From contig JBGPGO010000012.1 of assembly GCA_041483895.1 (NCBI GenBank), forward strand, positions 74,188 through 138,187: a stretch of DNA of 64,000 bases. The letters are read 5' to 3'. Numbering within the stretch: the first letter of the stretch is position 1; every line of letters begins with the position of its first letter. Source of the stretch: Fimbriimonadia bacterium (GTDB lineage Bacteria > Armatimonadota > Fimbriimonadia > Fimbriimonadales > JABRVX01). The notes under the pieces were generated by a model. The model had not been told where the DNA came from, searched no databases, and saw only the letters and a list, made by a program, of their open reading frames with translations. The position numbers and the translations under genes are program-made. Positions 30,769 to 39,613 of this stretch are shown here, in pieces.

Positions 30769-30804
30769 CCCCTCCCCCGCTTGAGGGGGAGGGTTGGATG
30801 AGGG
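30769..30804. repeat. REP-like palindrome, same family as the dacB inserts
   Basis: cccctcccccgcttgagggggagggttggatgaggg. Confidence 0.7.
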
Positions 30805-31257
30805 TTAAATGGTTTTGAGAGCCTTCAACACTTCTTGATGGTGCCCCGGAACCTTCACCTTATGGAAAGCCTTCCGCACCACCCCGTCCCCATCGATCAC
30901 AAACGTCGTGCGCTCGATGCCCATATAGTTGCGTCCGTACATGCTCTTCTCGACCCAGACGCCATATTGCTCCGCCACCTTGTGCGCCGGATCTGCCGCG
31001 AGCGCAAAGTTCAAATCATATCTGTTGGAAAACTTGTCGTGCGAATCGACGCTGTCCGGACTGACCCCAATCACTTTTGCGCCAGCGAATGACGGCATCG
31101 CGTCTCGGAATTGGCTAGCCTCCGCCGTGCAGCCGCTCGTGTCGTCCTTTGGATAGAAATAGAGAACTACCGGCGCGCCACGGAGAGCCGAGAGCGTGAT
31201 CGTGCCTTCGGTCGTTTCGAGGGTGAAATCGGGGGCATTGTCGCCTTCTTTGACCAT
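30805..31257 (-). CDS. bcp: Peroxiredoxin, BCP/PrxQ type (single Cys)
   Basis: YFYPKDDTSGCTAEA, GVSPD, RTTFVID. Confidence 0.93.
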   Translation of the reverse strand: MVKEGDNAPDFTLETTEGTITLSALRGAPVVLYFYPKDDTSGCTAEASQFRDAMPSFAGAKVIGVSPDSVDSHDKFSNRYDLNFALAADPAHKVAEQYGVWVEKSMYGRNYMGIERTTFVIDGDGVVRKAFHKVKVPGHHQEVLKALKTI

Positions 31258-32765
31258 TGCTCAGTCTCCTCACTCACAATCGCGCGAACTACCGCGTCCT
31301 GCAGGTCCCGAGCCTTTGCGGTATCCGCATGGTTAACCAATATACTAAACGCGATCAGTTTCCCCTTTTTCGTGGTGGCATATCCACTGAGGCAGGATAC
31401 CTTGCTCATGGTTCCGGTTTTGGCATACGCGCGGCCTTTGATATCCGTGAGGCGCTTTTCCATCGTGCCGTCCATGCCTATGATGGGCAGCGAGTTGCGA
31501 AATGCCTTGAACCACGACTGTTTTGTTGCGTACGTCAGCAGTTTCACGATGGTCTCGGCGGAGACCGAATCATGTCTCGACAGGCCCGATCCGTCGTAGA
31601 TGTCAAATCCTTCTGGATCGCATCCTGCCTTTTTCAAGAACGCCGTGACCGTCTCCGCGCCGGCTTTGAAACTGCCCTTCCCTTTGACTTTCAGGCCAAG
31701 TTCCTTGAACAACATCTCGGCGATCAGATTGTCACTCTCTTTGTTGAGTGCCTTGACGATTTCCCATAGCGGTGGGCTCTCGTGGACGACTACTTTCATT
31801 GCCCGTTCGTCGGCGCGTTCTGATCGGTCCGATCGGTCCGATCGGTCCGATCCGTCCGAGGTGCCCGCGCCCAAGGCCCCGGCACTCTCGGCAAGCGCCC
31901 TCCGCAAACTCCATTCCGCCAACTTCGTCACCGAGGCCACCGCCAGACCCTGCGCCGACGAGCCGTTCTTGAAATCCTTGGGCAGCTGACCACGGACCCG
32001 AAAGACGTCGGCGGTGAGGTCCCTCGACACCGTCAACTCACTATCGGACTTCTCGTAGCTGAAGATCGCGTAGTCCAGCTTCGGCTCCAGCCAAAACGTC
32101 GGCGGGCTCCCAGCGCTCGCGTGCAAATCCACCCGGTTGCGTCCAATCGCAAGCGGCGTGATTGGCGGCTGATAGTAGTAGGCCAAATCATCTATCTGCC
32201 ACCCCGGCCCATAGAATTCGTCGTCGTACCTCGATAGATCGATGGAAATCCTCTGCTCAATGATCCCCTCCCCCCCTTGCGGTGGAGAACCTGCCCGGAG
32301 TTTGTCGAAGGGGTTGGGATTGACCGCAAATCCCCTCCCTCTTGCGAGGAACGAGGAAGGGGGAGGGTTAGGGTGGGGGTTTTCCGCACTCGGACCAGTG
32401 CCGGCGCCGGCCGGAATCACCTCTCCCGCTTGCGGGGGAGGGTTAGGGTGGGGGTTTTCCGATTTCATCTGTCGCACCATCACCACAAGGTCCTCGTACT
32501 TCAGCATCGGGTCGCCGCCGCCGACCAACGTCAACCCGCCATCCTCCCCGAGCACCAACTTCGTCTCAAGGCGCGCATCCGGCCCCAGGAGCGCCAGCGC
32601 AGCCGCTGATGTCAGCAGCTTCTGATTGGACGCCGGCACCAGCAGCATTTCCCTGTTCCGCTCCACCACCACCTTCCCTGTACTCACCTCCACGGCGTAG
32701 AGGCTGACGGAGGCGTGGGGGATTTGCAAAGGAACTAACGAAATAGTGAGAAGAAGCCAGAGCAT
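31167..32765 (-). CDS. dacB: D-Ala-D-Ala carboxypeptidase/endopeptidase (PBP4, S13) with in-frame repeat insertions
   Basis: PASNQK, GGGDP, SDN, DGSGLSR, KTG motifs. Confidence 0.9.
   Translation of the reverse strand: MLWLLLTISLVPLQIPHASVSLYAVEVSTGKVVVERNREMLLVPASNQKLLTSAAALALLGPDARLETKLVLGEDGGLTLVGGGDPMLKYEDLVVMVRQMKSENPHPNPPPQAGEVIPAGAGTGPSAENPHPNPPPSSFLARGRGFAVNPNPFDKLRAGSPPQGGEGIIEQRISIDLSRYDDEFYGPGWQIDDLAYYYQPPITPLAIGRNRVDLHASAGSPPTFWLEPKLDYAIFSYEKSDSELTVSRDLTADVFRVRGQLPKDFKNGSSAQGLAVASVTKLAEWSLRRALAESAGALGAGTSDGSDRSDRSDRSERADERAMKVVVHESPPLWEIVKALNKESDNLIAEMLFKELGLKVKGKGSFKAGAETVTAFLKKAGCDPEGFDIYDGSGLSRHDSVSAETIVKLLTYATKQSWFKAFRNSLPIIGMDGTMEKRLTDIKGRAYAKTGTMSKVSCLSGYATTKKGKLIAFSILVNHADTAKARDLQDAVVRAIVSEETEQWSKKATMPPISPSKRPKARSRSRLSVARR
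31822..31859. repeat. 9-bp in-frame tandem repeat in dacB
   Basis: (gatcggtcc)x3 + gatccgtcc, encoding SDGSDRSDRSDRS. Confidence 0.85.
32262..32462. repeat. REP-like cluster translated in-frame within dacB
   Basis: Two ggggagggttagggtgggggttttcc units plus cctcccc..gggg hairpins like the intergenic copy at 30769. Confidence 0.8.
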
Positions 32766-32810
32766 ACAACCATTTTACAGTCATGACATCTTTTTGCCGC
32801 GGTTTGAGGT

Positions 32811-34616
32811 ATGTGTAACAATTGCATTGTGGTCCTACTGACGCTGAGATTAGCAGTTCTGTCATCGTTCTTAGTAGCGGGATGTCAAGCTTATGCCGAT
32901 GCCGCCTTGAATTCCTTTGCACCACTACTAGATACGGTTACGAACCAGACCATCCGGTCAATGCGCGATGGAACTCTACCGCTGGGCGCACACTTGCCTT
33001 CGACAAACAGTGTTCTGTTGATCTGCCAAACGGGTGCCGCATACTCTTCGACGCTCCTATTGGCAGATCCCAAAATAGATGGAAAGAAAATCGCTGAGAT
33101 TCTAAGTCGGTCGGTTGGGGATCGCGAGGCATCAAGCGCAACCATTGAATTTCATAATGGCGGAGAATTCTCACAGGCACGTCTCCTATGGAGTCGGGAG
33201 CGCATCGGCCAACTGAATAGCGAGATGAAGACTCCAATTGGCAACATGATTGCGGGGTTGCGAGATGCAGAATATCACGTCGACGCCCTGCTGATCGTTC
33301 CGCGATATGTTAATACGAATTCGATATCGTTCCCCATTTTTCGCAAGCCGCGATACACATATTATCTTGCCTCCACAGCCAGCGAAGATTTCGCGGTCAT
33401 ATCGTCCGCTCAGATTTCTTCTTCCATGGCCTGGATGGCGCCGGCAGCCTTCGCCGTTCCTGGAGCGGTGTTCGTTCTTTCCTTGCTGTTCGCACGGCGC
33501 TACGCGATGCGACCGAATGTTCCGCTTAATCGAAAGCGGATCGTCGCACCGAGGATTGCTCTGTGGGCACCTCTCATCGTAATCCTGCTTTACATGCCAG
33601 TACTTTGGGTGATGCTGCTGAAGTGGACGTTCAAACCGTGGGCAGACCTCTGGTTTGGGAGCGATGCAACGTTCATTTTGGCAAATCTCGCTCTGATGAA
33701 CATCATCTTTGTCCTTTTGCCCGTCGGCGCTTCCAAGTGGCTGTCAGGGCGCTTGTCCCATCAAAACCAATCAAAACCAATTCATATCACTTCAGATGGT
33801 GCAACAGACAGGCCAATCCGTTGGTTCGTTCTTCGGCTCGTGATCGGCTTCACTTTTGTGAGCGCACTTTATTTGGTTTCTCAACTCGGGATCTATCTTG
33901 GCGGCATCTTGCCTGCAAGCATGGACAACCTTCGTGGCGACATTGTCATTGGGGTCATGATGGTCTTTGCCGCAAGTATCTGGTGGTTTAGTGCACGAGC
34001 GGAGAAAGAGGCTCTTATGCGCCTTGCAGAGATTTCGAATCCGGCGCTGATGGAACGGGTCGCACGAATAGCAGACCGAATGAATGTCAAATTCAATTCA
34101 GTCATTGCTCGCGAGCTAACCGATCCCAGTGTCGTACTAGCTGGTATCAGCCCTGGTGGAAACATCATCATTAGCCAGGCTGCGGTCGATCGCTTGTCAG
34201 ACACTGAATTTGAGGCTCTCATTGCTCATGAATTAGCGCACATCAAGCTCAAGCATTTTTGGAGACGAATTGCCTTTGTTTTCTTCCCGTTTTTGCTCGT
34301 TGCGTTCATCCCCGCAATTGCGCCAATGGCAATTCTTAGGGTGAAAAGTGTTGTTGTTGCCGCAATTCTTGCCTCGAGTACCTTCTTCGCATTCGGATGG
34401 TTCGCGCTGGCGTCGTTTTGGATTCGGCGTCGTCATGAGTTTGAGGCTGATAGGACATCGCTCGATGTCACAGGCAGTCTCCCAGACGTGATCTCTATGC
34501 TGAACAAAGCACACGCCGGCGAGACGGATTTCGAATTGGATGAAACGAGCACTCATCCGAAGATGGAAAGACGGATCCAGGCGCTTCGAGAGTACGCGAA
34601 TCGCGCCGGCGGTTGA
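32811..34616 (+). CDS. Multi-TM M48-like metallopeptidase with extra N-terminal domain
   Basis: AHELAH, HEFEAD, STHP; lower GC; start uncertain. Confidence 0.8.
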   Translation: MCNNCIVVLLTLRLAVLSSFLVAGCQAYADAALNSFAPLLDTVTNQTIRSMRDGTLPLGAHLPSTNSVLLICQTGAAYSSTLLLADPKIDGKKIAEILSRSVGDREASSATIEFHNGGEFSQARLLWSRERIGQLNSEMKTPIGNMIAGLRDAEYHVDALLIVPRYVNTNSISFPIFRKPRYTYYLASTASEDFAVISSAQISSSMAWMAPAAFAVPGAVFVLSLLFARRYAMRPNVPLNRKRIVAPRIALWAPLIVILLYMPVLWVMLLKWTFKPWADLWFGSDATFILANLALMNIIFVLLPVGASKWLSGRLSHQNQSKPIHITSDGATDRPIRWFVLRLVIGFTFVSALYLVSQLGIYLGGILPASMDNLRGDIVIGVMMVFAASIWWFSARAEKEALMRLAEISNPALMERVARIADRMNVKFNSVIARELTDPSVVLAGISPGGNIIISQAAVDRLSDTEFEALIAHELAHIKLKHFWRRIAFVFFPFLLVAFIPAIAPMAILRVKSVVVAAILASSTFFAFGWFALASFWIRRRHEFEADRTSLDVTGSLPDVISMLNKAHAGETDFELDETSTHPKMERRIQALREYANRAGG

Positions 34617-34698
34617 TTTCCAACTGCTTCGCGTTTAGTCTGAGTCTGTGCCACCTACATTGCCATGCAAGTGCTTCTGCGTGTATCCTGTATCAACT

Positions 34699-35733
34699 AT
34701 GCCCATAGAAGTAGACCTGCGAAGCGATACGGTGACCCGGCCGACGGCGGAGATGAGGAAGGCGATGGCGGAGGCGGAGGTCGGCGACGACGTCTTTGGC
34801 GACGACCCAACCGTCAACCGGCTCCAAGAAAAGGCCGCCGCCCTGTTCGGCAAAGAGGCCGGGCTGTTCGTCCCCACCGGAACGATGGGCAACCAAATCT
34901 GCATCCGTACCCACACCAAACCCGGCGACGCCATCCTGATCGACGGAGAAAGTCATATCGCTTACTATGAAGTCGGCGGCCCGGCTGTTCTGTCGCAGGT
35001 GATCACCGATATGGTGCCCAGCCATAAGGGGGTCTTGGACTACGACGCCGTCGCCGCGAGGATCCGGCCCCAGTCCGACCACACTCCGGGCACCACGCTG
35101 CTTTGCCTGGAAAACACCCACAACCGAGCCGGCGGGACAATCCAACCGATCTCGCACATCCGCAAACTGAGTTCCCTGGCCCACGAAGCCGGAATGAAGG
35201 TGCATCTGGACGGCGCGCGCATCTTCAACGCCTCCATCGCGTCGGGCACGCCGGTTTCCGACTACGCCGGCTGCGCGGATTCCCTGATGTTTTGCTTTTC
35301 CAAAGGGCTGGCCTGTCCGGTCGGGTCCATGGTTCTCGGGACTCGGGAGTTCATCAACCGGGCTCATCGGGTGCGGAAGCTGTTCGGCGGCGGAATGCGG
35401 CAAGCGGGTGTTTTGGCCGCCTGTGGGATGGTTGCTTTGGATACAATGGTAAATCGGCTTGCTGACGACCATCACCGTGCGAAGGTGCTGGCGAAGGCTA
35501 TCAATGACCTTCCGGGGCTGAAGGTGGATATGGAAACTGTGCAAACGAACATGGTTTTCGCCGAGACCGACTTTCCGGCCAAGGAGATGCAGGATACGCT
35601 GCAAGCACGAGGAATTCGCATCCTAGCAATTGGGCCGAAGATAATTCGTATGGTACTTCACAATGATGTGGATGACGAGAAGCTGACGGTCGCCATCGAT
35701 GCGTTCCGATCCGTACGAATTGCCGGTTCGTAA
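34699..35733 (+). CDS. ltaE: Low-specificity L-threonine aldolase
   Basis: [38 protein letters not shown]. Confidence 0.95.
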   Translation: MPIEVDLRSDTVTRPTAEMRKAMAEAEVGDDVFGDDPTVNRLQEKAAALFGKEAGLFVPTGTMGNQICIRTHTKPGDAILIDGESHIAYYEVGGPAVLSQVITDMVPSHKGVLDYDAVAARIRPQSDHTPGTTLLCLENTHNRAGGTIQPISHIRKLSSLAHEAGMKVHLDGARIFNASIASGTPVSDYAGCADSLMFCFSKGLACPVGSMVLGTREFINRAHRVRKLFGGGMRQAGVLAACGMVALDTMVNRLADDHHRAKVLAKAINDLPGLKVDMETVQTNMVFAETDFPAKEMQDTLQARGIRILAIGPKIIRMVLHNDVDDEKLTVAIDAFRSVRIAGS

Positions 35734-35754
35734 AAAAAAAGTCGCGAACTGCCC

Positions 35755-35782
35755 TAAAGTTCTGAATTTGGCCATCCGATAC
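35755..35782 (+). promoter_or_regulatory. Sigma28 (FliA/SigD)-like promoter
   Basis: TAAA-N16-TCCGATAC versus consensus TAAA-N15/16-GCCGATA; upstream of flgM, a canonical sigma28 target. Confidence 0.65.
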
Positions 35783-35802
35783 TGAAGATTGACTATTAGC
35801 TC

Positions 35803-35880
35803 TGACAGCTCAAGGCAAACCCGCAGCGATGCGGGGACGCAAAGCCAAGGATCCCCCGTGGACAGCCTGGTTGCCTGTCT
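35803..35880 (+). ncRNA. c-di-GMP-I (GEMM) riboswitch
   Basis: P1 gacag/ctgtc; GGCAAACC-cgca-GCGA-tgcg-GGGACGCAAAGCC P2; P3 ending ACAGCCTGGTTGCC. Confidence 0.88.
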
Positions 35881-35914
35881 GAGACTTATCAACGACCAAG
35901 AGAGGGTTTAGCTG

Positions 35915-36190
35915 ATGAGAATCTCAGACACTGAATATACGAAAGTACTCCAGATGGAACAAGACGGCGAATTGCCGATCTCCAATATCGAAGCTACCGC
36001 CACTCCCCTGCAAACCGACGACGCCGAACTGGTCGCCCGGATTGTTGAGGAGTTGGAGGCCGAACCGGACGTTCGCGAAGAAATGGTTGCGGACCTGAAG
36101 GCGCGCATCGACGCCGGAACCTACAAGGTTACGGACGAGGCGATCGCGGATCTAATCATCCGCCGGTCCAAAGCAGACAACATCCGCTGA
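35915..36190 (+). CDS. flgM: Anti-sigma28 factor FlgM family protein
   Basis: C-terminal PDVREEMVADLKARIDAGTYKVTDEAIADLI. Confidence 0.85.
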   Translation: MRISDTEYTKVLQMEQDGELPISNIEATATPLQTDDAELVARIVEELEAEPDVREEMVADLKARIDAGTYKVTDEAIADLIIRRSKADNIR

Positions 36191-36233
36191 ATCCTTGCGA
36201 GGAAGAGCCGACCTGCGCGTCGAATGAGCGTGC

Positions 36234-36995
36234 GTGGCGATTTGGGGCGTTGTAAACCAGAAGGGCGGCGTAGGAAAGACTACAACTGTGGTCAACCTTG
36301 CCGCCGCTTTGGGTTTGGAGGGTCAGCGAGTGCTAGTCGTTGATGCCGACCCCCAAGGCAATACCACGACTGGCTTCGGCGTCGGCAAATCCAAGCTTCA
36401 GTCGAGCCTTTTTGAAGTTTTGGTTGACGGCGTTTCGGCGTCCGAAACGATTGTAGCGACTTCCGTACCGAATGTGAGTCTGCTGCCAGCGACATTGGAT
36501 TTGGCGGGATCGGAGTTGGCTTTGATGGGGCGTCTTTCCCGGGAGACCGTGCTGCGACAGGCGCTTGAACCGATTGCGGGCGACTATGAATGGGTGATCA
36601 TCGACAGTCCGCCTTCGTTGGGACTGTTGACGGTCAATACCTTGGTTGCTTCCCGGTACCTGTTGGTGCCCATGCAGTGCGAATTTTATGCGCTCGAAGG
36701 ACTGACCCAGCTAATCCGGACTATTGAGCTCGTTCGATATCAGCTCAATTCATCGCTGGAGGTCAAAAAAGTGCTGTTAACAATGTATGATCCTCGAACG
36801 CGGCTGGCGGTTGAGGTTGCTCGCGAGGTCCGTGGTTTTTTCGGCTCCGTCGTATCCGACATTTTTGTACCTCGGAACGTTCGGTTGACGGAGGCCCCAG
36901 GATTTGGAGAGCCCAGCGTCGTTCGGTCACCAAGCGCACCGGGCAGTAAGGCGTATATTAAGTTGGCTAAGGAGATGATCGCAGATGCTACGTAA
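36234..36995 (+). CDS. parA: ParA/Soj ATPase
   Basis: NQKGGVGKTTT, DADPQGN, IDSPPSLG, QCEFYALEGL, PRNVRL.EAP. Confidence 0.95.
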   Translation: MAIWGVVNQKGGVGKTTTVVNLAAALGLEGQRVLVVDADPQGNTTTGFGVGKSKLQSSLFEVLVDGVSASETIVATSVPNVSLLPATLDLAGSELALMGRLSRETVLRQALEPIAGDYEWVIIDSPPSLGLLTVNTLVASRYLLVPMQCEFYALEGLTQLIRTIELVRYQLNSSLEVKKVLLTMYDPRTRLAVEVAREVRGFFGSVVSDIFVPRNVRLTEAPGFGEPSVVRSPSAPGSKAYIKLAKEMIADAT

Positions 36996-37833
36996 TCCAT
37001 TGGGGAGAGGGCTTGTCGAGCTGCTCGGTGAGGGCAGTGACAATATGATCCGCAACGCCCCCATTGACAAGTTGATCACGAACCCGTATCAGCCTCGGCA
37101 ATCGTTTGATCCCGACCAGCTTCAAGAGTTGGCGAGGACAATCCAAGAATCCGGTATTTTGCAGCCGCTGGTTGTTCGGCGCAAAGGCCATGAGGAGTAT
37201 GAGATCATCGCCGGCGAGCGTCGGTATCGTGCGGCAAAATTGGCCGGCTTGGAAACGGTGCCCGTCATCGTGCGGCAGGCGAACGACGAGCAGATGTTGG
37301 CGTTGGCACTCGTCGAGAATCTTCAGCGCGAAGACATCAACCCTGCGGACGCCGCGGTTTCTTATCGCCGACTTGCCGATGAATTCGGCTTGACCCAAGA
37401 ACAAATCGCGGATCGAGTCGGCAAGAGCCGGGGCCAGATTGCCAATAGTCTCCGGCTACTGAACCTTCCTGCGAATATGTTTGAGAGCGTGCGATTGGGG
37501 AAGATCACAGAGGGTCACGCCCGGGCTTTGCTGACTTTGGGTGAAAAGCCGGCGCTCCAGTCTGAGCTTCACCGGCAGATTGTGGATGAGGGCCTGTCGG
37601 TGCGAGAGGCCGAGCGTCGCTCCCAGTTCTTCCGCAACCCTCCTTCCAACGACGGTCCGATCGCCGTGGTGCCGCCGGCTGATCCAAACTGGTTGCGTTT
37701 AGAGGAAACGTTGTCAGAACGCCTTGGGACCAAAATTCAGATTATACGAGTTGGGGTCGGTGGCCGGATCCAAATTCCATTCTACGACGAACAGGACCTA
37801 TCCAGGATATTGGAAAGGCTGGGCCACCTCTAA
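36985..37833 (+). CDS. parB: ParB/Spo0J partition protein
   Basis: LGRGL, NPYQPR, IAGERRYRA, ENLQREDI, HTH, EGHARALL. Confidence 0.95.
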   Translation: MLRNPLGRGLVELLGEGSDNMIRNAPIDKLITNPYQPRQSFDPDQLQELARTIQESGILQPLVVRRKGHEEYEIIAGERRYRAAKLAGLETVPVIVRQANDEQMLALALVENLQREDINPADAAVSYRRLADEFGLTQEQIADRVGKSRGQIANSLRLLNLPANMFESVRLGKITEGHARALLTLGEKPALQSELHRQIVDEGLSVREAERRSQFFRNPPSNDGPIAVVPPADPNWLRLEETLSERLGTKIQIIRVGVGGRIQIPFYDEQDLSRILERLGHL

Positions 37834-37839
37834 CACGTG

Positions 37840-38658
37840 TTACGCCCGCGCCGACTTGCGCGGATCCCAGCGCTCAAATAGCGCGTCACCGACCAAGTTG
37901 AGGCAGATAATCGTCAGGGCGAGGGCCAAGCAGGGGTAAAGGACCAAGTGCCAATCGGTTCTCATGAACTCTCGCCCGGTGCTGACGAGAGAACCCCAGC
38001 TCGGTGCAGGTGGTGGAATTCCGATGCCAAGGAAGCTCAGGGCCGATTCGGCGAGAATGACCGATGCCATGTCCACGATTGCGGCAGCAAGGCAAATGCC
38101 GGCCAGATGCGGGACCAAATGCTTGAAGACGATGTGCGGCTGAGAAGCACCCGTCGCCTGCGCCGCTCGAACGAACAGCGCCTCCCTCAGGCTTAAGGTC
38201 TGCCCACGAACTAAACGCGCCATGCTTGGCCAGCCGACTACCGTGAGCGCAGCGATCACGGTAAGCGAGGACCGGCCGGCCACGCCTACGATCAGGATCG
38301 CCAACAGGATGTCCGGGAAGGCGAAAAGACCGTCGGTCACTCGCATGAGCAGCGTATCGACCCATCCACCGCGCATTGCCGCAATTACCCCAACGATCCC
38401 GCCGAATATCAGCGTCGCCGAGACCACCGTCAAGCCGACAACCAGAGAAACGCGGGCGCCGAAGAATAAGCGAGAGGCGTTGTCGCGGCCCAAGTTGTCT
38501 GTTCCAAGCCAGTGGGCCTTGTTTGATTGCAGAAATCGCCCGGATAGGTCTTGTTGATCATAGGTGTATTTGGTAAGAAGCGGGGCCCCGACTGCAACCA
38601 GCACAAGGACTACGAGATAACAAAGTGCAAGGCCCGCAATGACGTTGGTGCGTTTCAC
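37840..38658 (-). CDS. Peptide ABC transporter permease (OppC/DppC-like)
   Basis: HWLGTDNLGRD, ESALSFLGIG..PP.PSWG. Confidence 0.92.
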   Translation of the reverse strand: MKRTNVIAGLALCYLVVLVLVAVGAPLLTKYTYDQQDLSGRFLQSNKAHWLGTDNLGRDNASRLFFGARVSLVVGLTVVSATLIFGGIVGVIAAMRGGWVDTLLMRVTDGLFAFPDILLAILIVGVAGRSSLTVIAALTVVGWPSMARLVRGQTLSLREALFVRAAQATGASQPHIVFKHLVPHLAGICLAAAIVDMASVILAESALSFLGIGIPPPAPSWGSLVSTGREFMRTDWHLVLYPCLALALTIICLNLVGDALFERWDPRKSARA

Positions 38659-39608
38659 CCGGTCGCCCCATCTCGATTGAGGCGCACACGAGGGTCGATT
38701 CGGGCTTGCACGAGGTCAACGGCAAGGTTGACGAGGATGAAAGCTGCGGCGAACAGGATGGTGGTCGCCTGGATAACGGGATAATCGCGTTGGTATATCG
38801 CCTCGATGGCACGTTTGCCGAGACCAGGGATTGCGAAGACGGTTTCGGTGATAAATGAACCTGTAAGAAGATACCCAAAGCTGCTTCCGATGCCTATGAT
38901 CACCGGTGTCGCGGCGTTTCGAAGAGCATGGCGAACCACGACTCCAGTCCAGGAGACACCCTTCGCGCGGGCAGTACGGATGAAATCCTGAGAAAGAACG
39001 CCAATCATCGAGCTCCTCGTGAGCCTCATAATTGCAGCGAGCGGGCGGACGGACAATACAATGACGGGAAGAACCAGATAGGGCCCGAGGTCGCTGAAGT
39101 TGTCGGCCCAACCGGCCACCTCGTACCATTGAAGTCGAAGGGCGAAGATCAACACAAGTATCGGCGCGAGGACAAAGTTCGGGATCCCTAAACCGGCGAC
39201 GCTCAGAACGACGGCGAGCCGGTCGGGCCACTTGCCCGCGGCTACCGCAGCGATTGTGCCCAAAAAGATGCCGACTACGGAAGCCACCAACATTGCCAAA
39301 ATGGCAAGCATCGCCGTCGGCCAATAGTTCTGCAAGAGAATCTGCCGGACGGTGCGAGTGTCGAAATACGATCTGCCAAAATCCAGACGGGCAGCGCCCC
39401 ACAAAAAGTCGCCGAATCGGACCAAGAGTGGCCGATCCAGACCGTATTCGTGCTTCAATTGAGCGACGGCAGCCGGAGTCGCGCGTTCTCCCAGCTTGAT
39501 CTGTATCGGATCACCCGGCGCCAGCTCCGCCGCGACAAAGGTAAGCGCAGAAACAAATATCAACGTCGGTATGACGAGCAAGATTCGCTTCAGAGCATAA
39601 CTGAGCAC
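38655..39608 (-). CDS. Peptide ABC transporter permease (OppB/DppB-like)
   Basis: APGDP, DFGRS, DFIRTARAKG, HALRNA, RDYPVIQ. Confidence 0.92.
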   Translation of the reverse strand: MLSYALKRILLVIPTLIFVSALTFVAAELAPGDPIQIKLGERATPAAVAQLKHEYGLDRPLLVRFGDFLWGAARLDFGRSYFDTRTVRQILLQNYWPTAMLAILAMLVASVVGIFLGTIAAVAAGKWPDRLAVVLSVAGLGIPNFVLAPILVLIFALRLQWYEVAGWADNFSDLGPYLVLPVIVLSVRPLAAIMRLTRSSMIGVLSQDFIRTARAKGVSWTGVVVRHALRNAATPVIIGIGSSFGYLLTGSFITETVFAIPGLGKRAIEAIYQRDYPVIQATTILFAAAFILVNLAVDLVQARIDPRVRLNRDGATG

Positions 39609-39613
39609 GGAGT

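Noticed and set aside
35731..35740. A9 tract as a phase-variation switch
   Set aside because: It lies upstream of the -35 element, not in the spacer or a CDS; more likely a UP element.
37830..37843. taacacgtgtta palindrome as parS
   Set aside because: Does not match the 16-bp TGTTTCACGTGAAACA consensus; only half-sites were seen elsewhere (e.g. 21977, 58562).
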